Of a stretch of 64,000 nucleotides of DNA, positions 49,720-60,100 are shown in pieces (within the stretch, counting starts at the first letter, position 1; every line of letters starts with the position of its first letter). The translations under genes were made by a program, and so were the position numbers. The DNA is from an uncultured Pelagibacteraceae bacterium (lineage in GTDB: Bacteria > Pseudomonadota > Alphaproteobacteria > Pelagibacterales > AG-422-B15). The notes beneath the pieces are model-generated. The model was not told the DNA's origin and did not search any database. It saw only the letters and a list, made by a program, of their open reading frames with translations. The stretch spans positions 40,449-104,448 of the forward strand of contig CACGAG010000001.1 of NCBI GenBank assembly GCA_902571005.1, given 5' to 3'.

Positions 49720-50774
49720 TACGGCGCTGGATTTGGAATTTCTTTATGAATACCTCTTATTTCATTTAAAATTTCTTTTGTTATATCAAGATCAACACTG
49801 TCTATACAAGTTTTTAATTGTTCCATTGTAGTCGCTCCAATAATTGTAGATGTAACAAAGGGTTGAATGTTACAAAATTGAATAGCAAGTTGAGCAGGAT
49901 CAATTTCGTATTTTTTTGCAAGATTAAAATACATTTCAATTGCGCGCTGTGTTTTATCTCCTTTATATCTCATCATTAAAGGACCGTCGCCAAAGAGTGC
50001 CAGTCTTGAACCTTGAGGCATCTGTCCACCTAAATATTTTCCAGTTAATGTTCCTTGCGCTAAAGGCGAGTAAGCAAGCAAGCCTACTTGTTCATGGATT
50101 GCTACTTCAGATAAGCCAATTTCAAAACCTCTATTAACAAGGTTATACGCATTCTGAATTGATGCCACACGTGGTAGAGATTTGGTTTCTGCAAGCTCTA
50201 AATATTTCATCGTTCCCCATGGCGTTTCGTTAGATAAGCCAATCTGCCTGACTTTGCCTTGCTTAACTAATTCGCCAAGAGCCTCAAGGGTTTCCTCCAA
50301 AGGAATGGAGTCTGATGTATCCATATGTTTGTACTCAAGCCTGCCTGAAAATGCTGCAAAAGGTCTATCAGGCCAATGAACTTGATACAGATCGATATAA
50401 TCTGTTTGAAGTCTTTTGAGACTTTGCTCAACTGCGTAGAAAATATGTTCTTTGGACAACCGAGGTATTTCCTCATTTTCTCTTAGCCATGACATCCCGG
50501 AGCGACCAGCCACTTTAGTTGCAAGAACAACCTTATCTCTGTTGCCTCTCGCTTTGAACCAAGTACCAATATATTTTTCTGTTAAGCCCTGTGTCTCAGC
50601 CTTTGTTGGGACTGCATAAATTTCAGCAGTATCAATAAAATTAACTTCATGATCTAGCGCGTAATCTAATTGATCATGAGCATCCGCTTCAGTATTTTGC
50701 TCTCCCCAAGTCATTGTTCCTAAACAAATTAAACTTACATCTATATCAGATCTTCCGAGCTTTCTGTATTCCAT
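49719..50774 (-). CDS. tas: NADP(H)-dependent aldo-keto reductase, Tas-like
   Basis: 351 aa, collinear with E. coli Tas as I remember it: '[22 protein letters not shown]', '[20 protein letters not shown]' and C-terminal 'IPNPAP'. Confidence 0.85.
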   Translation of the reverse strand: MEYRKLGRSDIDVSLICLGTMTWGEQNTEADAHDQLDYALDHEVNFIDTAEIYAVPTKAETQGLTEKYIGTWFKARGNRDKVVLATKVAGRSGMSWLRENEEIPRLSKEHIFYAVEQSLKRLQTDYIDLYQVHWPDRPFAAFSGRLEYKHMDTSDSIPLEETLEALGELVKQGKVRQIGLSNETPWGTMKYLELAETKSLPRVASIQNAYNLVNRGFEIGLSEVAIHEQVGLLAYSPLAQGTLTGKYLGGQMPQGSRLALFGDGPLMMRYKGDKTQRAIEMYFNLAKKYEIDPAQLAIQFCNIQPFVTSTIIGATTMEQLKTCIDSVDLDITKEILNEIRGIHKEIPNPAP

Positions 50775-51784
50775 TATTTTTTAATCAATCCTAGTCTTTC
50801 TAATTGTTGAGCTGTTTGAATTATTCCTTCATCAGCACTTTCGAAATTAAATTTTAGAATATTTTTAGCATTTTCTGAATTAGTAAATTTTGTTTTACCA
50901 ACAAATCCAGAAATTGCCCCAACTTCTTTACTGAACATGCCTAGCAGTTTCATCAGGAAGTTTGGCGCTTTTAGTGATGGCGCTTTTGTATATCCATTTT
51001 CTCTTAGAAGCTTATTCATATCTGACATCCACATGCATTTTTCAGCCAGAATAAATCTTTTACCATTTGCGTTTGGATTAGTCATTGCTTCAACATGAGC
51101 CCGAGCAGTATCTTTTACAGTTACCCAACCAAAATGCATTTGAGGAATTATTGGATAAGATCCATCAAGCATTCTTTGGATAAAGATATTTGAGGTACCA
51201 ATATCATCTGATAATGATGGCCCAACAACCAAAGTAGGGTTTATTGAAACTGCTTCTATTTTTTTACTCTCGCCTAGGCTTTCAAGATGTGACCACATTG
51301 CTTTTTCTGCTATGGCCTTACTTTTGTTATAGGCACCAATATTCTTCGTATGATCAGTCCAATGTGTCTCGTCAAAAACTTCTTTATCATGACCGTAACC
51401 AATAGCTGAAAATGAAGAAGTCATTATAAACCGCTTGACATCATTTTTAATCGAGCTTTTTAAAGCCCTAAGCAGACCTTGTTTTGCGGGTCTGATTATT
51501 TCATTTTCGTCATCAGGCGCTGTGTCAGTCAATGGAGAGGCAACGTGTATAACGTAAGTGCATCCAGATACAGCTGAGTCCCACCCCTCATCTTCCATGA
51601 GATCAAGTTTACAGAATTCTAAATTATTTTTTGCATCAACTTCATTAGCTATTGCTTGTCTTACTTCAGCTTCACGATTTTCAGAACGTAATGATGTTTT
51701 AACTGAATAACCTTTTTTGAGTAATTCAGCTATGCAATGCTGGGCAATGTAACCTGATCCTCCCGTAACTAAAACTTTTTCCAT
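50774..51784 (-). CDS. NAD(P)-dependent extended-SDR reductase (dihydroflavonol/cinnamoyl-CoA/aldehyde reductase-like), copy 1
   Basis: 336 aa. 'VLVTGGSGYIAQH' and 'YNKSKAIAEK' (YxxxK). Confidence 0.8.
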   Translation of the reverse strand: MEKVLVTGGSGYIAQHCIAELLKKGYSVKTSLRSENREAEVRQAIANEVDAKNNLEFCKLDLMEDEGWDSAVSGCTYVIHVASPLTDTAPDDENEIIRPAKQGLLRALKSSIKNDVKRFIMTSSFSAIGYGHDKEVFDETHWTDHTKNIGAYNKSKAIAEKAMWSHLESLGESKKIEAVSINPTLVVGPSLSDDIGTSNIFIQRMLDGSYPIIPQMHFGWVTVKDTARAHVEAMTNPNANGKRFILAEKCMWMSDMNKLLRENGYTKAPSLKAPNFLMKLLGMFSKEVGAISGFVGKTKFTNSENAKNILKFNFESADEGIIQTAQQLERLGLIKK

Positions 51785-51811
51785 TAATTATCCTTATAAA
51801 AATTTTTAGAT

Positions 51812-52831
51812 TTACCTATTATCCATCACATCCTGTATTGATTTTCCCATATCAATTATGGTTTTTTCAAATGGAATAGGTGTCCATGAAAATACATCTA
51901 CTGTTTGCGAGTTATTCATAGTTATTTTCTGATTTAAAAATGTCTTCATGGTCTTCATTTCAGCACTAAATAATGCAAGAAACTTTACTACAAAGTCTGG
52001 AAGAGTTTTGGTTGTAACCTTTGGAAAACCATTAGCGCTTAATGTTTTAGCAATATCAAGTAAGGGAACTGACTCATTTGATGTGCAAGCAAAACGCTTC
52101 CCATTAGACTTGGTATTTCTAATTGCTTCAACTTGAAGTTTGGCTATATCCCTAACATCGACATAATTCATATATACGTTTGGAACCGCTGGAATCTCTC
52201 TTGTAAGAAAACGCTTAATGGTATCAGTAGATGTCCCGCCAATGTCATCACTCAATGAGGGACCTAAAACAAAGGATGGATTAATAACAGTCATATCAAA
52301 TATTTTTTCAGTTTGCGACTCTATAAAATCCCATGCAGCTTTTTCAGCTATTGTTTTACTTTTCACATAAGGTGTTACATTTTTTCCTTCAATATTAGTC
52401 CAATCATTGTGATCAAACACCTTATCTGGATTATCGTGACCATATTGTATTGCTGCAACTGACGAAGTGAGTATCAATTTTTTAATATTTGTTTTTTTTG
52501 CTGCTTCAAGTGCTCTAATAGTGCCTTCTTTCGCAGGGATAATAACATCATTTTCATTTTTTGGTTCTTTAAAGGGAAATGGAGAGGCAACGTGTAGAAC
52601 ATAGCTACATCCAATCATTGCATCATTCCAGCCTTCATCTTTATTTAGATCAAGCTGACAAAATTCGAGATTATTTTTAGCATCAACCTCCTTAGCGATT
52701 GCTTTTCTTACTTCTGCTTCTCTATTAACCTTTCTAAGTGAACCTCTTACAGCGTAACCGTTTTTAAGTAGTTCTGAAATGCAATGCAGTGCGATATATC
52801 CTGAGGCACCTGTGACTAGAACCTTTTCCAT
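51812..52831 (-). CDS. NAD(P)-dependent extended-SDR reductase, copy 2 (tandem paralog)
   Basis: 339 aa. 'VLVTGASGYIALH' and 'YVKSKTIAEK'. The N-terminal ~90 aa are nearly collinear with copy 1 (MEKVLVTG.SGYIA.HCI.ELLK.GY.V..SLR..NREAEVR.AIA.EVDAKNNLEFC.LDL..DEGW...). Confidence 0.8.
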   Translation of the reverse strand: MEKVLVTGASGYIALHCISELLKNGYAVRGSLRKVNREAEVRKAIAKEVDAKNNLEFCQLDLNKDEGWNDAMIGCSYVLHVASPFPFKEPKNENDVIIPAKEGTIRALEAAKKTNIKKLILTSSVAAIQYGHDNPDKVFDHNDWTNIEGKNVTPYVKSKTIAEKAAWDFIESQTEKIFDMTVINPSFVLGPSLSDDIGGTSTDTIKRFLTREIPAVPNVYMNYVDVRDIAKLQVEAIRNTKSNGKRFACTSNESVPLLDIAKTLSANGFPKVTTKTLPDFVVKFLALFSAEMKTMKTFLNQKITMNNSQTVDVFSWTPIPFEKTIIDMGKSIQDVMDNR

Positions 52832-52951
52832 TTACTTTCCTATCTTATTGAATTTATTTAACAATTTCTTCATAAATTTATACTTGTATTGATTTAACAA
52901 GTAATTATGTATTAAAATACAGTTAACAAATAATACAAGAGGTTTTTCTAT

Positions 52952-53686
52952 ATGGAATATCAAACTAGAGCTCAATCATCACCTGCAATAGATGCTGGCT
53001 TAAGACAATACATGCTAAGTGTTTACAATTACATGGCATCAGGTTTAGCTTTAACAGGATTAGTTGCATACATGCTATTTCAGGCAACAGCTGTAATGGG
53101 TCCATCGGGAGAAATTATAGGTCTCACAAACTTAGGTGTTACTCTCTATACAGGTCCAATGATGTGGGTAGTTGCGTTAGCACCTCTTGGAATTGTTATG
53201 TATATGAGTTTTGGAATAAGAGGAATGTCTGCTTCACGAGCACAGACAATGTTTTGGGTATTTGCATTTTTAATGGGTTTATCACTCTCAACAATCTTTT
53301 TAACTTATACAGGTGCAAGTATAGCGCGTGTATTTTTTATAACTGCAAGTACATTTGGCGCAATGAGTATATATGGTTATACAACAAAAAGGGATCTAAC
53401 TAATTTTGGATCGTTTTTATTTATGGGACTGATTGGAATCATAATTGCATCAATTGTAAATATATTCATGCAGTCACCTGCATTATATTATGGTATATCT
53501 ATTTTAGGTGTTTTGATTTTTGTTGGCTTAACAGCTTACGATACTCAAAAAATTAAGAATATGTATATGGCATATGACAGTGGCGAGGTTGCGGCTAAAA
53601 AAGCCATCATGGGCGCATTAACACTTTATCTTGATTTTATAAATCTATTTATAATGTTACTGAGACTTTTTGGTCAAAGAAGATAA
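52952..53686 (+). CDS. Bax inhibitor-1/YccA family membrane protein
   Basis: 244 aa, 7 TM segments. 'LRQYMLSVYNYMASGLALTG', 'YGYTTKRDL' and 'TAYDTQKIK'. Confidence 0.88.
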   Translation: MEYQTRAQSSPAIDAGLRQYMLSVYNYMASGLALTGLVAYMLFQATAVMGPSGEIIGLTNLGVTLYTGPMMWVVALAPLGIVMYMSFGIRGMSASRAQTMFWVFAFLMGLSLSTIFLTYTGASIARVFFITASTFGAMSIYGYTTKRDLTNFGSFLFMGLIGIIIASIVNIFMQSPALYYGISILGVLIFVGLTAYDTQKIKNMYMAYDSGEVAAKKAIMGALTLYLDFINLFIMLLRLFGQRR

Positions 53687-53688
53687 AA

Positions 53689-54042
53689 TCAGGCTATACG
53701 TTTTACAGAAACTTTAAGATATTTTGTAATATCTGATAGATATTCACTTTCCTTGATTTTTTTATTATTAAAATCGATTAATGTGAATGTTACATGCTTT
53801 CCTTTATTTTTATTTTTAATTATTCTTAAAAAAGCATTTTCGAAAGTACTGCGATAAATTGAAAAAACTGCATTGTATTTTCCATGATCAATTGCATAGT
53901 CTTTCCAATGTCCTTGACTGACTTTTTGAGCGTAAACAGAAAGTATGAGATTAAGTTCAGTCTTATGAAAGCTAGTAAACTTATTTTTTGATCGATTAGA
54001 GCTCTTAAAGGATAAATCAGGACTAATGTAATGTATTGTCAT
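53689..54042 (-). CDS. DUF2794-family protein
   Basis: 117 aa. 'FHKTELNLILSVYAQKVSQGHWKDYAIDHGKYNAVFSIYR' matches the alphaproteobacterial DUF2794 pattern as I remember it. Confidence 0.65.
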   Translation of the reverse strand: MTIHYISPDLSFKSSNRSKNKFTSFHKTELNLILSVYAQKVSQGHWKDYAIDHGKYNAVFSIYRSTFENAFLRIIKNKNKGKHVTFTLIDFNNKKIKESEYLSDITKYLKVSVKRIA

Positions 54043-54123
54043 TGTTATCTCATGTTACCTTGGAAAATGTAAAAAAAACATTGAAAATAGGGAAAAATTT
54101 CACGATAACACCATCTAAATTGC

Positions 54124-54151
54124 CTTGATTTTCGATGAATAATTCCAATAT
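54124..54151 (+). promoter_or_regulatory. Candidate RpoH (sigma-32)-type heat-shock promoter upstream of htpG
   Basis: CTTG (54124-54127), N17, then CCAATAT (54145-54151), compared with the alphaproteobacterial RpoH consensus CTTG-N17/18-CYTATNT (one mismatch). Lies about 20 nt upstream of the htpG ATG. Low information content in AT-rich DNA. Confidence 0.3.
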
Positions 54152-54171
54152 AGTTTCTGAGAATAAAAATT

Positions 54172-56055
54172 ATGCCTAAATCAGAAAAATTAGAGTTTCA
54201 AACAGAGGTCAGTCAATTACTTAAATTGATGATAAATTCTGTTTATTCAGAAAAAGAAGTGTTTGTAAGGGAGCTTGTATCTAATGCTTCTGATGCATGT
54301 GATAAGTTAAGATACTTATCAAACACTAAAGAAAAACTTATAAAGGATGATCCTAATTTCAAAATTCAAATCACTATTGATAAAAAAAATAATCTAATCA
54401 CAATTTCCGATAACGGAATTGGAATGAATAAAAAGGATCTTGTTTCTAACCTCGGGACAATCGCACGCTCTGGTACTGCACAATTTTTAAAAGAACTGTC
54501 TGCATCTAAAACAAAAGACCTTTCACTCATTGGTCAATTTGGTGTAGGTTTTTACTCTGCTTTTATGGTTGCTTCACAAACTAAAGTTACTACACGCAAA
54601 GCTGGAGAAAATAAACTTTGGATCTGGACGTCTGATGGAGAAAGCAGCTTTACCATTGAGGAGAGTGAAGACTCAAATCTTCTAGAATCAAATAGAGGAA
54701 CTTCAATTGAACTTACTTTAACGAAGGAATCTAAAGAGTATTTAGACAAGGACAGAATTGAGAATATAATTAAAAGATATTCAGATCATATAAGTATTCC
54801 AATTTATGTGTGTGATGGCTCTGAAAAAAAAGATGAAAAAATTGAGTCTGTTAATTCTGCGTCAGCTATTTGGACGCGACCTAAAAATAAAATTACTGAG
54901 GAACAATATAAAGAGTTCTATAATCACGCAGGACAGATGTTCGATGATCCTTGGATGACATCTCATTATAAGGCTGAAGGAAAAATTGAATATACTGTAT
55001 TAAATTTTATTCCATCAACTAAACCTTTTGATCTTTATGATCCAGCAAGAGAAAACAGGCTTAAACTTTATGTTAAAAGAGTATTTATCACAGACAATTG
55101 TCCAGAACTTATTCCTCCTTATCTTCGTTTTCTAAGAGGTATCATTGACTCGGAAGACCTTCCATTAAACATAAGTCGCGAAATGCTTCAAAACAACCCA
55201 GTCGTTACGAAAATAAGATCATCGTTAGTTAAAAGAACAATTTCTGATCTCAAAAAAAAGATTGATAAAGACAGGGAGTCATATGAAAAATTCTGGGAAA
55301 ATTTTGGTCCAGTACTAAAAGAGGGAATTTATGAGGACTTTGAGAGAAAAGACTCAATTCTAGAAATATCATTATTTAAGAATTCAAAATCAAAGGAACT
55401 CATCACACTAAATGAATACATAGAGTCAATGGGTAAAAAACAAAAGGATATTTACTTTATGACCGGTGATAGTTATGAAAATATAATCAATAATCCGAGT
55501 TTAGAGGGCTATAAGTCAAGAGACATTAATGTACTTATATTGGATGACCCTGTAGACAGCTTTTGGACTTCATCAACTCCATTATATCAAGAGAAGAGTT
55601 TTAAATCTGTTACAAGGGGAATGGATGACCTGAATAAAATTGATGGAGAAAAAAAAGATGATAAAAATGAAAAATCTGTTGAGCCACTGATTAATCTACT
55701 AAAAGAAAAATTAAAGGAAAAAGTTAAAGACGTTAGAGTGTCCTCAAGACTTACAGATAGCCCTGTATGTCTTGTAAGTGATGAAGGCGCAATGGATCCT
55801 CAGCTTGAAAAAATACTTCAGCAGCATAATCAGCTCAATCAGGGACTTTCCCTTAAAGTTTTGGAAATCAATCCTCAACATAAACTCATAAAAAAACTTG
55901 CTAAAATGAGTAAAGATAAAGCATCAATTAGTGAAGTAGAGAATATTTCAATTTTACTTTACGAACAATCTAAGATTCTTGATGGTGAAAAGCCATCAGA
56001 TCCTGTTGAATTTTCAAAAAAACTTATTGAAACCATCACTACATCGATAAATTAA
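54172..56055 (+). CDS. htpG: Molecular chaperone HtpG (Hsp90)
   Basis: 627 aa. 'FQTEVSQLLKLMINSVYSEKEVFVRELVSNASDA', 'IGQFGVGFYSAFMVA' and 'FLRGIIDSEDLPLNISRE'. Confidence 0.97.
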   Translation: MPKSEKLEFQTEVSQLLKLMINSVYSEKEVFVRELVSNASDACDKLRYLSNTKEKLIKDDPNFKIQITIDKKNNLITISDNGIGMNKKDLVSNLGTIARSGTAQFLKELSASKTKDLSLIGQFGVGFYSAFMVASQTKVTTRKAGENKLWIWTSDGESSFTIEESEDSNLLESNRGTSIELTLTKESKEYLDKDRIENIIKRYSDHISIPIYVCDGSEKKDEKIESVNSASAIWTRPKNKITEEQYKEFYNHAGQMFDDPWMTSHYKAEGKIEYTVLNFIPSTKPFDLYDPARENRLKLYVKRVFITDNCPELIPPYLRFLRGIIDSEDLPLNISREMLQNNPVVTKIRSSLVKRTISDLKKKIDKDRESYEKFWENFGPVLKEGIYEDFERKDSILEISLFKNSKSKELITLNEYIESMGKKQKDIYFMTGDSYENIINNPSLEGYKSRDINVLILDDPVDSFWTSSTPLYQEKSFKSVTRGMDDLNKIDGEKKDDKNEKSVEPLINLLKEKLKEKVKDVRVSSRLTDSPVCLVSDEGAMDPQLEKILQQHNQLNQGLSLKVLEINPQHKLIKKLAKMSKDKASISEVENISILLYEQSKILDGEKPSDPVEFSKKLIETITTSIN

Positions 56056-56126
56056 TTCTAAAATTAAGACTCCAATCCATAAAATAAAATCGCTATAATA
56101 TCTCAAAAATAAAAAAAGGAATATTC

Positions 56127-56750
56127 ATGAAGTCACTAATAAAATTCTTATCAATAAAATTGATCGCAATATTTTTTGTATTTAACGTTAATGCTCAGGA
56201 GTTTAACGACCTTGAGACTTATTCTGGCAGTATAGCAGGAGCCTACAATATTGCCAATCTTCCATTGCTTCCAGGAAATTGGAAGGTGGATGACTTAGAA
56301 AAATCTGGCAGTGTACAATCAGGTAATTTTTATGTGTATGCTACTCTAGTGCCCTCAGATGTTGATGAGGACGTGAGAAGATATAATGATATCATTACAT
56401 ATGCATTATTAGGTTCAAAGTCGGAGGAAACATCTTACAGAAAAACTTTTTTTGGATGTGAAGGCGGATTTAATGCTCAAGAAGGTTCAATAGTAAATAT
56501 CAACACTCGCGGTTCTGGAAATTTTGAAGAAACCTGTGCGGTTGATCAACCTGATTTTGGAAATATGAATTTTTTCTTTACAGATTGCAGCAATGTTTGT
56601 GTTGAAGTGGGTATTAATCTTGAGCGTGAAAAATACAAAAATGACCGTAAAAGTTTTGAAGCGATGACAACACAAATATTTGAAACTATAAGAAAAACAG
56701 TTGGTGGTCAGCCAGTTTCGATGGACTTTATGTCAAGTTATATAAATTGA
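56127..56750 (+). CDS. Hypothetical secreted protein
   Basis: 207 aa. Signal peptide ...FVFNVNAQE and 4 Cys in the mature part. No recognisable family. Confidence 0.5.
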   Translation: MKSLIKFLSIKLIAIFFVFNVNAQEFNDLETYSGSIAGAYNIANLPLLPGNWKVDDLEKSGSVQSGNFYVYATLVPSDVDEDVRRYNDIITYALLGSKSEETSYRKTFFGCEGGFNAQEGSIVNINTRGSGNFEETCAVDQPDFGNMNFFFTDCSNVCVEVGINLEREKYKNDRKSFEAMTTQIFETIRKTVGGQPVSMDFMSSYIN

Positions 56751-56752
56751 AC

Positions 56753-59440
56753 CTATTGATTGGAAATATTTTTGTAAACATACTGAAGTATTCCTCCTGT
56801 TTTTAAATAGTCTATTTCTGTTGAGGTGTTTACTAAAAGCCTTAAGCGATGTGTCTTATTTTTTCCATTTGAATAAATAATAAGCATTTTAACATCCATC
56901 CCAGGTGATATATTATTTGATAAACCGGTAATGGTTATTCTTTCGTCACCTTTAAGACCTAGAGATAGTCTGTTTTCTTTTTCCATGAACTGAAATGGAA
57001 GTACCCCCATGCCAATAAGATTTGATCTGTGAATCCGTTCAAATGACTCTGCTATTACTGCTTTAACTCCTAGTAGCTTCGTTCCTTTTGCTGCCCAATC
57101 TCTTGAGGAACCCATTCCATAGTCTTTTCCAGCAAATATAACAAGAGGCGTATTAGATTTTTGGTATTTTACTGAGGCATCGTAAATCGTCATTTGCTTA
57201 TTAGAAGGGTGGTGAATTGTAATTCCCCCTTCAATATTTTCTACCATTTCATTTTTTATCCTAATATTTGAAAATGTACCCCGCATCATGACTTCATGAT
57301 TTCCACGTCGAGCACCAAAGGAATTAAAATCTGCTTTATTAATTCTATTTTTAGTTAAATACATTCCAGCTGGTCCATCTTCTTTTATGGATCCCGCAGG
57401 ACTTATATGGTCCGTAGTTACAGAGTCTCCAAAGAGTGCTAAAATTTGAGCATTCTTTACATTATTTATATTATTCTTCTCAAAATCTAAATTTTCAAAA
57501 TATGGCGGGTGTTGAACGTAGGTTGATTTCTTATTCCATTTATAAGTTAACCCACTTGGCGATTTAACTGAGTTCCATTTTTTATCACCCTTAAATACAT
57601 TTTTGTATCTTTTCTTATACAAATTTGAATTAATAATCTTATTAATTATTGATTTTATCTCTTTTGATTTTGGCCATATATCCTTTAGGTAAATTTCTTT
57701 GTTGTTTTTCCCAATACCAATTGGTTCCTTTGTCAGGTTTATTTTTGTTGATCCTGCCAATGCATACGCAACTACAAGTGGTGGCGATGCCAAATAGTTT
57801 GCCTTTACAAATGGATTAATTCTTCCCTCAAAGTTTCTGTTACCTGATAAAACGCCGCTTACAATTAAATCATTATTTGTAATTGCCTCCGCAATATTTT
57901 CATCTAAAGGACCAGAATTACCAATACACGTCGTACATCCAAATCCAACTAAGTTAAACCCTAGCTTATCAAGATGTTTCTGAAGTCCAGACTTTTCGAG
58001 GTAATCAGTTACAACCTTAGAGCCTGGTGCAAGTGAAGTTTTTACCCAAGGTTTAGTTTTAAGACCTAATTCATATGCTTTCTTTGCTAAAATTCCAGCA
58101 CCTATCATGACACTTGGATTAGATGTGTTAGTACAGCTCGTAATTGCAGCAATTGCAACATGACCATGATCAATTTCGAATTTCTCATTTTTTACAGAAG
58201 ACGAATTTTCAACTTTGTCATTACCAAATTCCTTCTCGAATGAACTAACAAATTGATCTGCAACATTTGATAATAAGATTTTATCTTGTGGTCTTTTTGG
58301 CCCAGCTAAACTTGGTTCTATACTTGATAAGTCTAATTCCATTGTCTCTGAATAAACTCTTTTATTTTTTTTATAATCCTCCCAAAGTCCCTGAGCTTTA
58401 GAGTATTTTTCGACAAGTTTAATCTCATCCAAAGGTCGTCCGCTAACTTTTAAAAAATTTATTGTTTCTTGGTCAATTGGAAAGAAACCGCATGTTGCAC
58501 CATATTCTGGTGCCATATTTGATATGGTAGCTCTATCAGGAACAGACATCTCTCTAAGTCCTTTACCATAGAACTCCACAAATTTTCCAACTACGCCTTT
58601 TTTTCTTAACTGTTCAGTGATCGTTAACACCATATCAGTAGCTGTAATACCCTCTTTAATTTTACCTTTTATTTCAAATCCTATAACTTCAGGAACAACC
58701 ATAGAGATTGGTTGCCCTAACATTGCTGCCTCTGCCTCGATTCCACCAACTCCCCATCCAAGAACAGATAAGCCGTTAATCATAGTGGTATGACTATCGG
58801 TTCCAACAACAGTATCAGGATAAGCTAAGGTTATATTTTTATTTTTTATTTTTCTTTTTTCAAACCAAACAGTTTTAGCCAGGTATTCTAGGTTTACTTG
58901 ATGACAGATGCCTGTACCAGGTGGAACTACTCTAAAATTATTGAAAGATTTTTGTCCCCATCTCAAAAATTCATATCTTTCAATATTTCTTTTATACTCA
59001 AGATCAACATTTGCTTTGTGGGCAGTTGCTGAGCCATACTTATCAACCATTACAGAGTGATCTATTACTAGATCAACCGGTGATAAAGGATTAACTTTTT
59101 TAGGATCTCCATTTTCATTTTTTATCGCTGCCCTCATTGATGCAAGATCAACCACTGCTGGAACACCTGTAAAATCTTGCATAAGAACACGTGCAGGCCT
59201 AAAATTGATTTCTTTATTTACTTTTTTATTAGACTTCCACTTTTCAAATTCTTTTATATCGCCTAATTCTACTGTTGATCCATCCTCATTTCTGATCAAG
59301 TTTTCTAACAGAATTTTTATTGAGAACGGAAGTGAGGATATGTTTTTAAGACCATTTTTTTCGGCTGCTTTAAAACTGAAATAGGTATAGGATTTTTTTC
59401 CTATTTTTAGTGTTTTTTTTGTCTTAAAGCTGTCGTACAT
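56753..59440 (-). CDS. acnA: Aconitate hydratase A
   Basis: 895 aa. 'MQDFTGVPAVVDLA', 'VVGTDSHTTMINGL', Fe-S ligand regions 'ITSCTNTSNP' and 'GCTTCIGNSG', and 'GKDYGMGSSRDWAAKG'. Confidence 0.97.
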   Translation of the reverse strand: MYDSFKTKKTLKIGKKSYTYFSFKAAEKNGLKNISSLPFSIKILLENLIRNEDGSTVELGDIKEFEKWKSNKKVNKEINFRPARVLMQDFTGVPAVVDLASMRAAIKNENGDPKKVNPLSPVDLVIDHSVMVDKYGSATAHKANVDLEYKRNIERYEFLRWGQKSFNNFRVVPPGTGICHQVNLEYLAKTVWFEKRKIKNKNITLAYPDTVVGTDSHTTMINGLSVLGWGVGGIEAEAAMLGQPISMVVPEVIGFEIKGKIKEGITATDMVLTITEQLRKKGVVGKFVEFYGKGLREMSVPDRATISNMAPEYGATCGFFPIDQETINFLKVSGRPLDEIKLVEKYSKAQGLWEDYKKNKRVYSETMELDLSSIEPSLAGPKRPQDKILLSNVADQFVSSFEKEFGNDKVENSSSVKNEKFEIDHGHVAIAAITSCTNTSNPSVMIGAGILAKKAYELGLKTKPWVKTSLAPGSKVVTDYLEKSGLQKHLDKLGFNLVGFGCTTCIGNSGPLDENIAEAITNNDLIVSGVLSGNRNFEGRINPFVKANYLASPPLVVAYALAGSTKINLTKEPIGIGKNNKEIYLKDIWPKSKEIKSIINKIINSNLYKKRYKNVFKGDKKWNSVKSPSGLTYKWNKKSTYVQHPPYFENLDFEKNNINNVKNAQILALFGDSVTTDHISPAGSIKEDGPAGMYLTKNRINKADFNSFGARRGNHEVMMRGTFSNIRIKNEMVENIEGGITIHHPSNKQMTIYDASVKYQKSNTPLVIFAGKDYGMGSSRDWAAKGTKLLGVKAVIAESFERIHRSNLIGMGVLPFQFMEKENRLSLGLKGDERITITGLSNNISPGMDVKMLIIYSNGKNKTHRLRLLVNTSTEIDYLKTGGILQYVYKNISNQ

Positions 59441-59499
59441 AGAGGTTTACTGCTGCTATATTTAGACTAATTTAACAAGCTATCAACATAAAGTTTATA

Positions 59500-60099
59500 A
59501 TGAACGAACTAAAAACTGAAAATTTGAGCTGTAAAAGAGGAGAAAACGCTGTTCTCAATAATGTTAATTTTTCTATTAAATCCGGTGAAACATTAGTTGT
59601 GAAAGGGCGAAATGGATCTGGCAAAACGACCCTTTTAAGAATTCTATCCAATTTTATTACATCTTACGAGGGCAAGGTAATGTTCAATGGTATAAGTATA
59701 AGTGAAGATAGTTTATACAATAGTAAATTTAACCTGATTGGTCAAAAGAACTCTTTAAAAGAAAATCTTTCTATAAAAAAAAATTTTGATTTATGGGATA
59801 TTCTTTTTAATGAAGCTCTTGATCATGTAAAGCTACTCAAACATAACAATTTGTACCATTTAATTAATAGAGATGTTGGCTCCTTAAGTGATGGTCAAAA
59901 AAAGTGCATTTCCCTCCACAGACTTAATTATAAAAAATATGAATTATGGTTTTTAGATGAACCATTTGTTTATCTTGATGAGGTCAACACACACTTACTT
60001 ATAGAAAAAATTAATCAATTTAATGAAAATATGGGAATAGTTATACTTACTTCTAATATAAATTTACCAAAAAATTTTCATAAGGAAATTAATATTTAA
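59500..60099 (+). CDS. ccmA: Heme exporter ATP-binding protein CcmA
   Basis: 199 aa. Walker A 'GRNGSGKTT', signature 'LSDGQKK', Walker B 'LWFLDEP'. First gene of the ccm string. Confidence 0.85.
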   Translation: MNELKTENLSCKRGENAVLNNVNFSIKSGETLVVKGRNGSGKTTLLRILSNFITSYEGKVMFNGISISEDSLYNSKFNLIGQKNSLKENLSIKKNFDLWDILFNEALDHVKLLKHNNLYHLINRDVGSLSDGQKKCISLHRLNYKKYELWFLDEPFVYLDEVNTHLLIEKINQFNENMGIVILTSNINLPKNFHKEINI

Positions 60100-60100
60100 T

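Noticed and set aside
54081-54116. E. coli-like sigma-32 promoter TTGAAA ... CACCATCT upstream of htpG
   Set aside because: The spacer between the two elements is 22 nt, whereas the consensus needs about 13-15 nt. The CTTG-N17-CCAATAT candidate at 54124-54151 fits better and is itself only low confidence.
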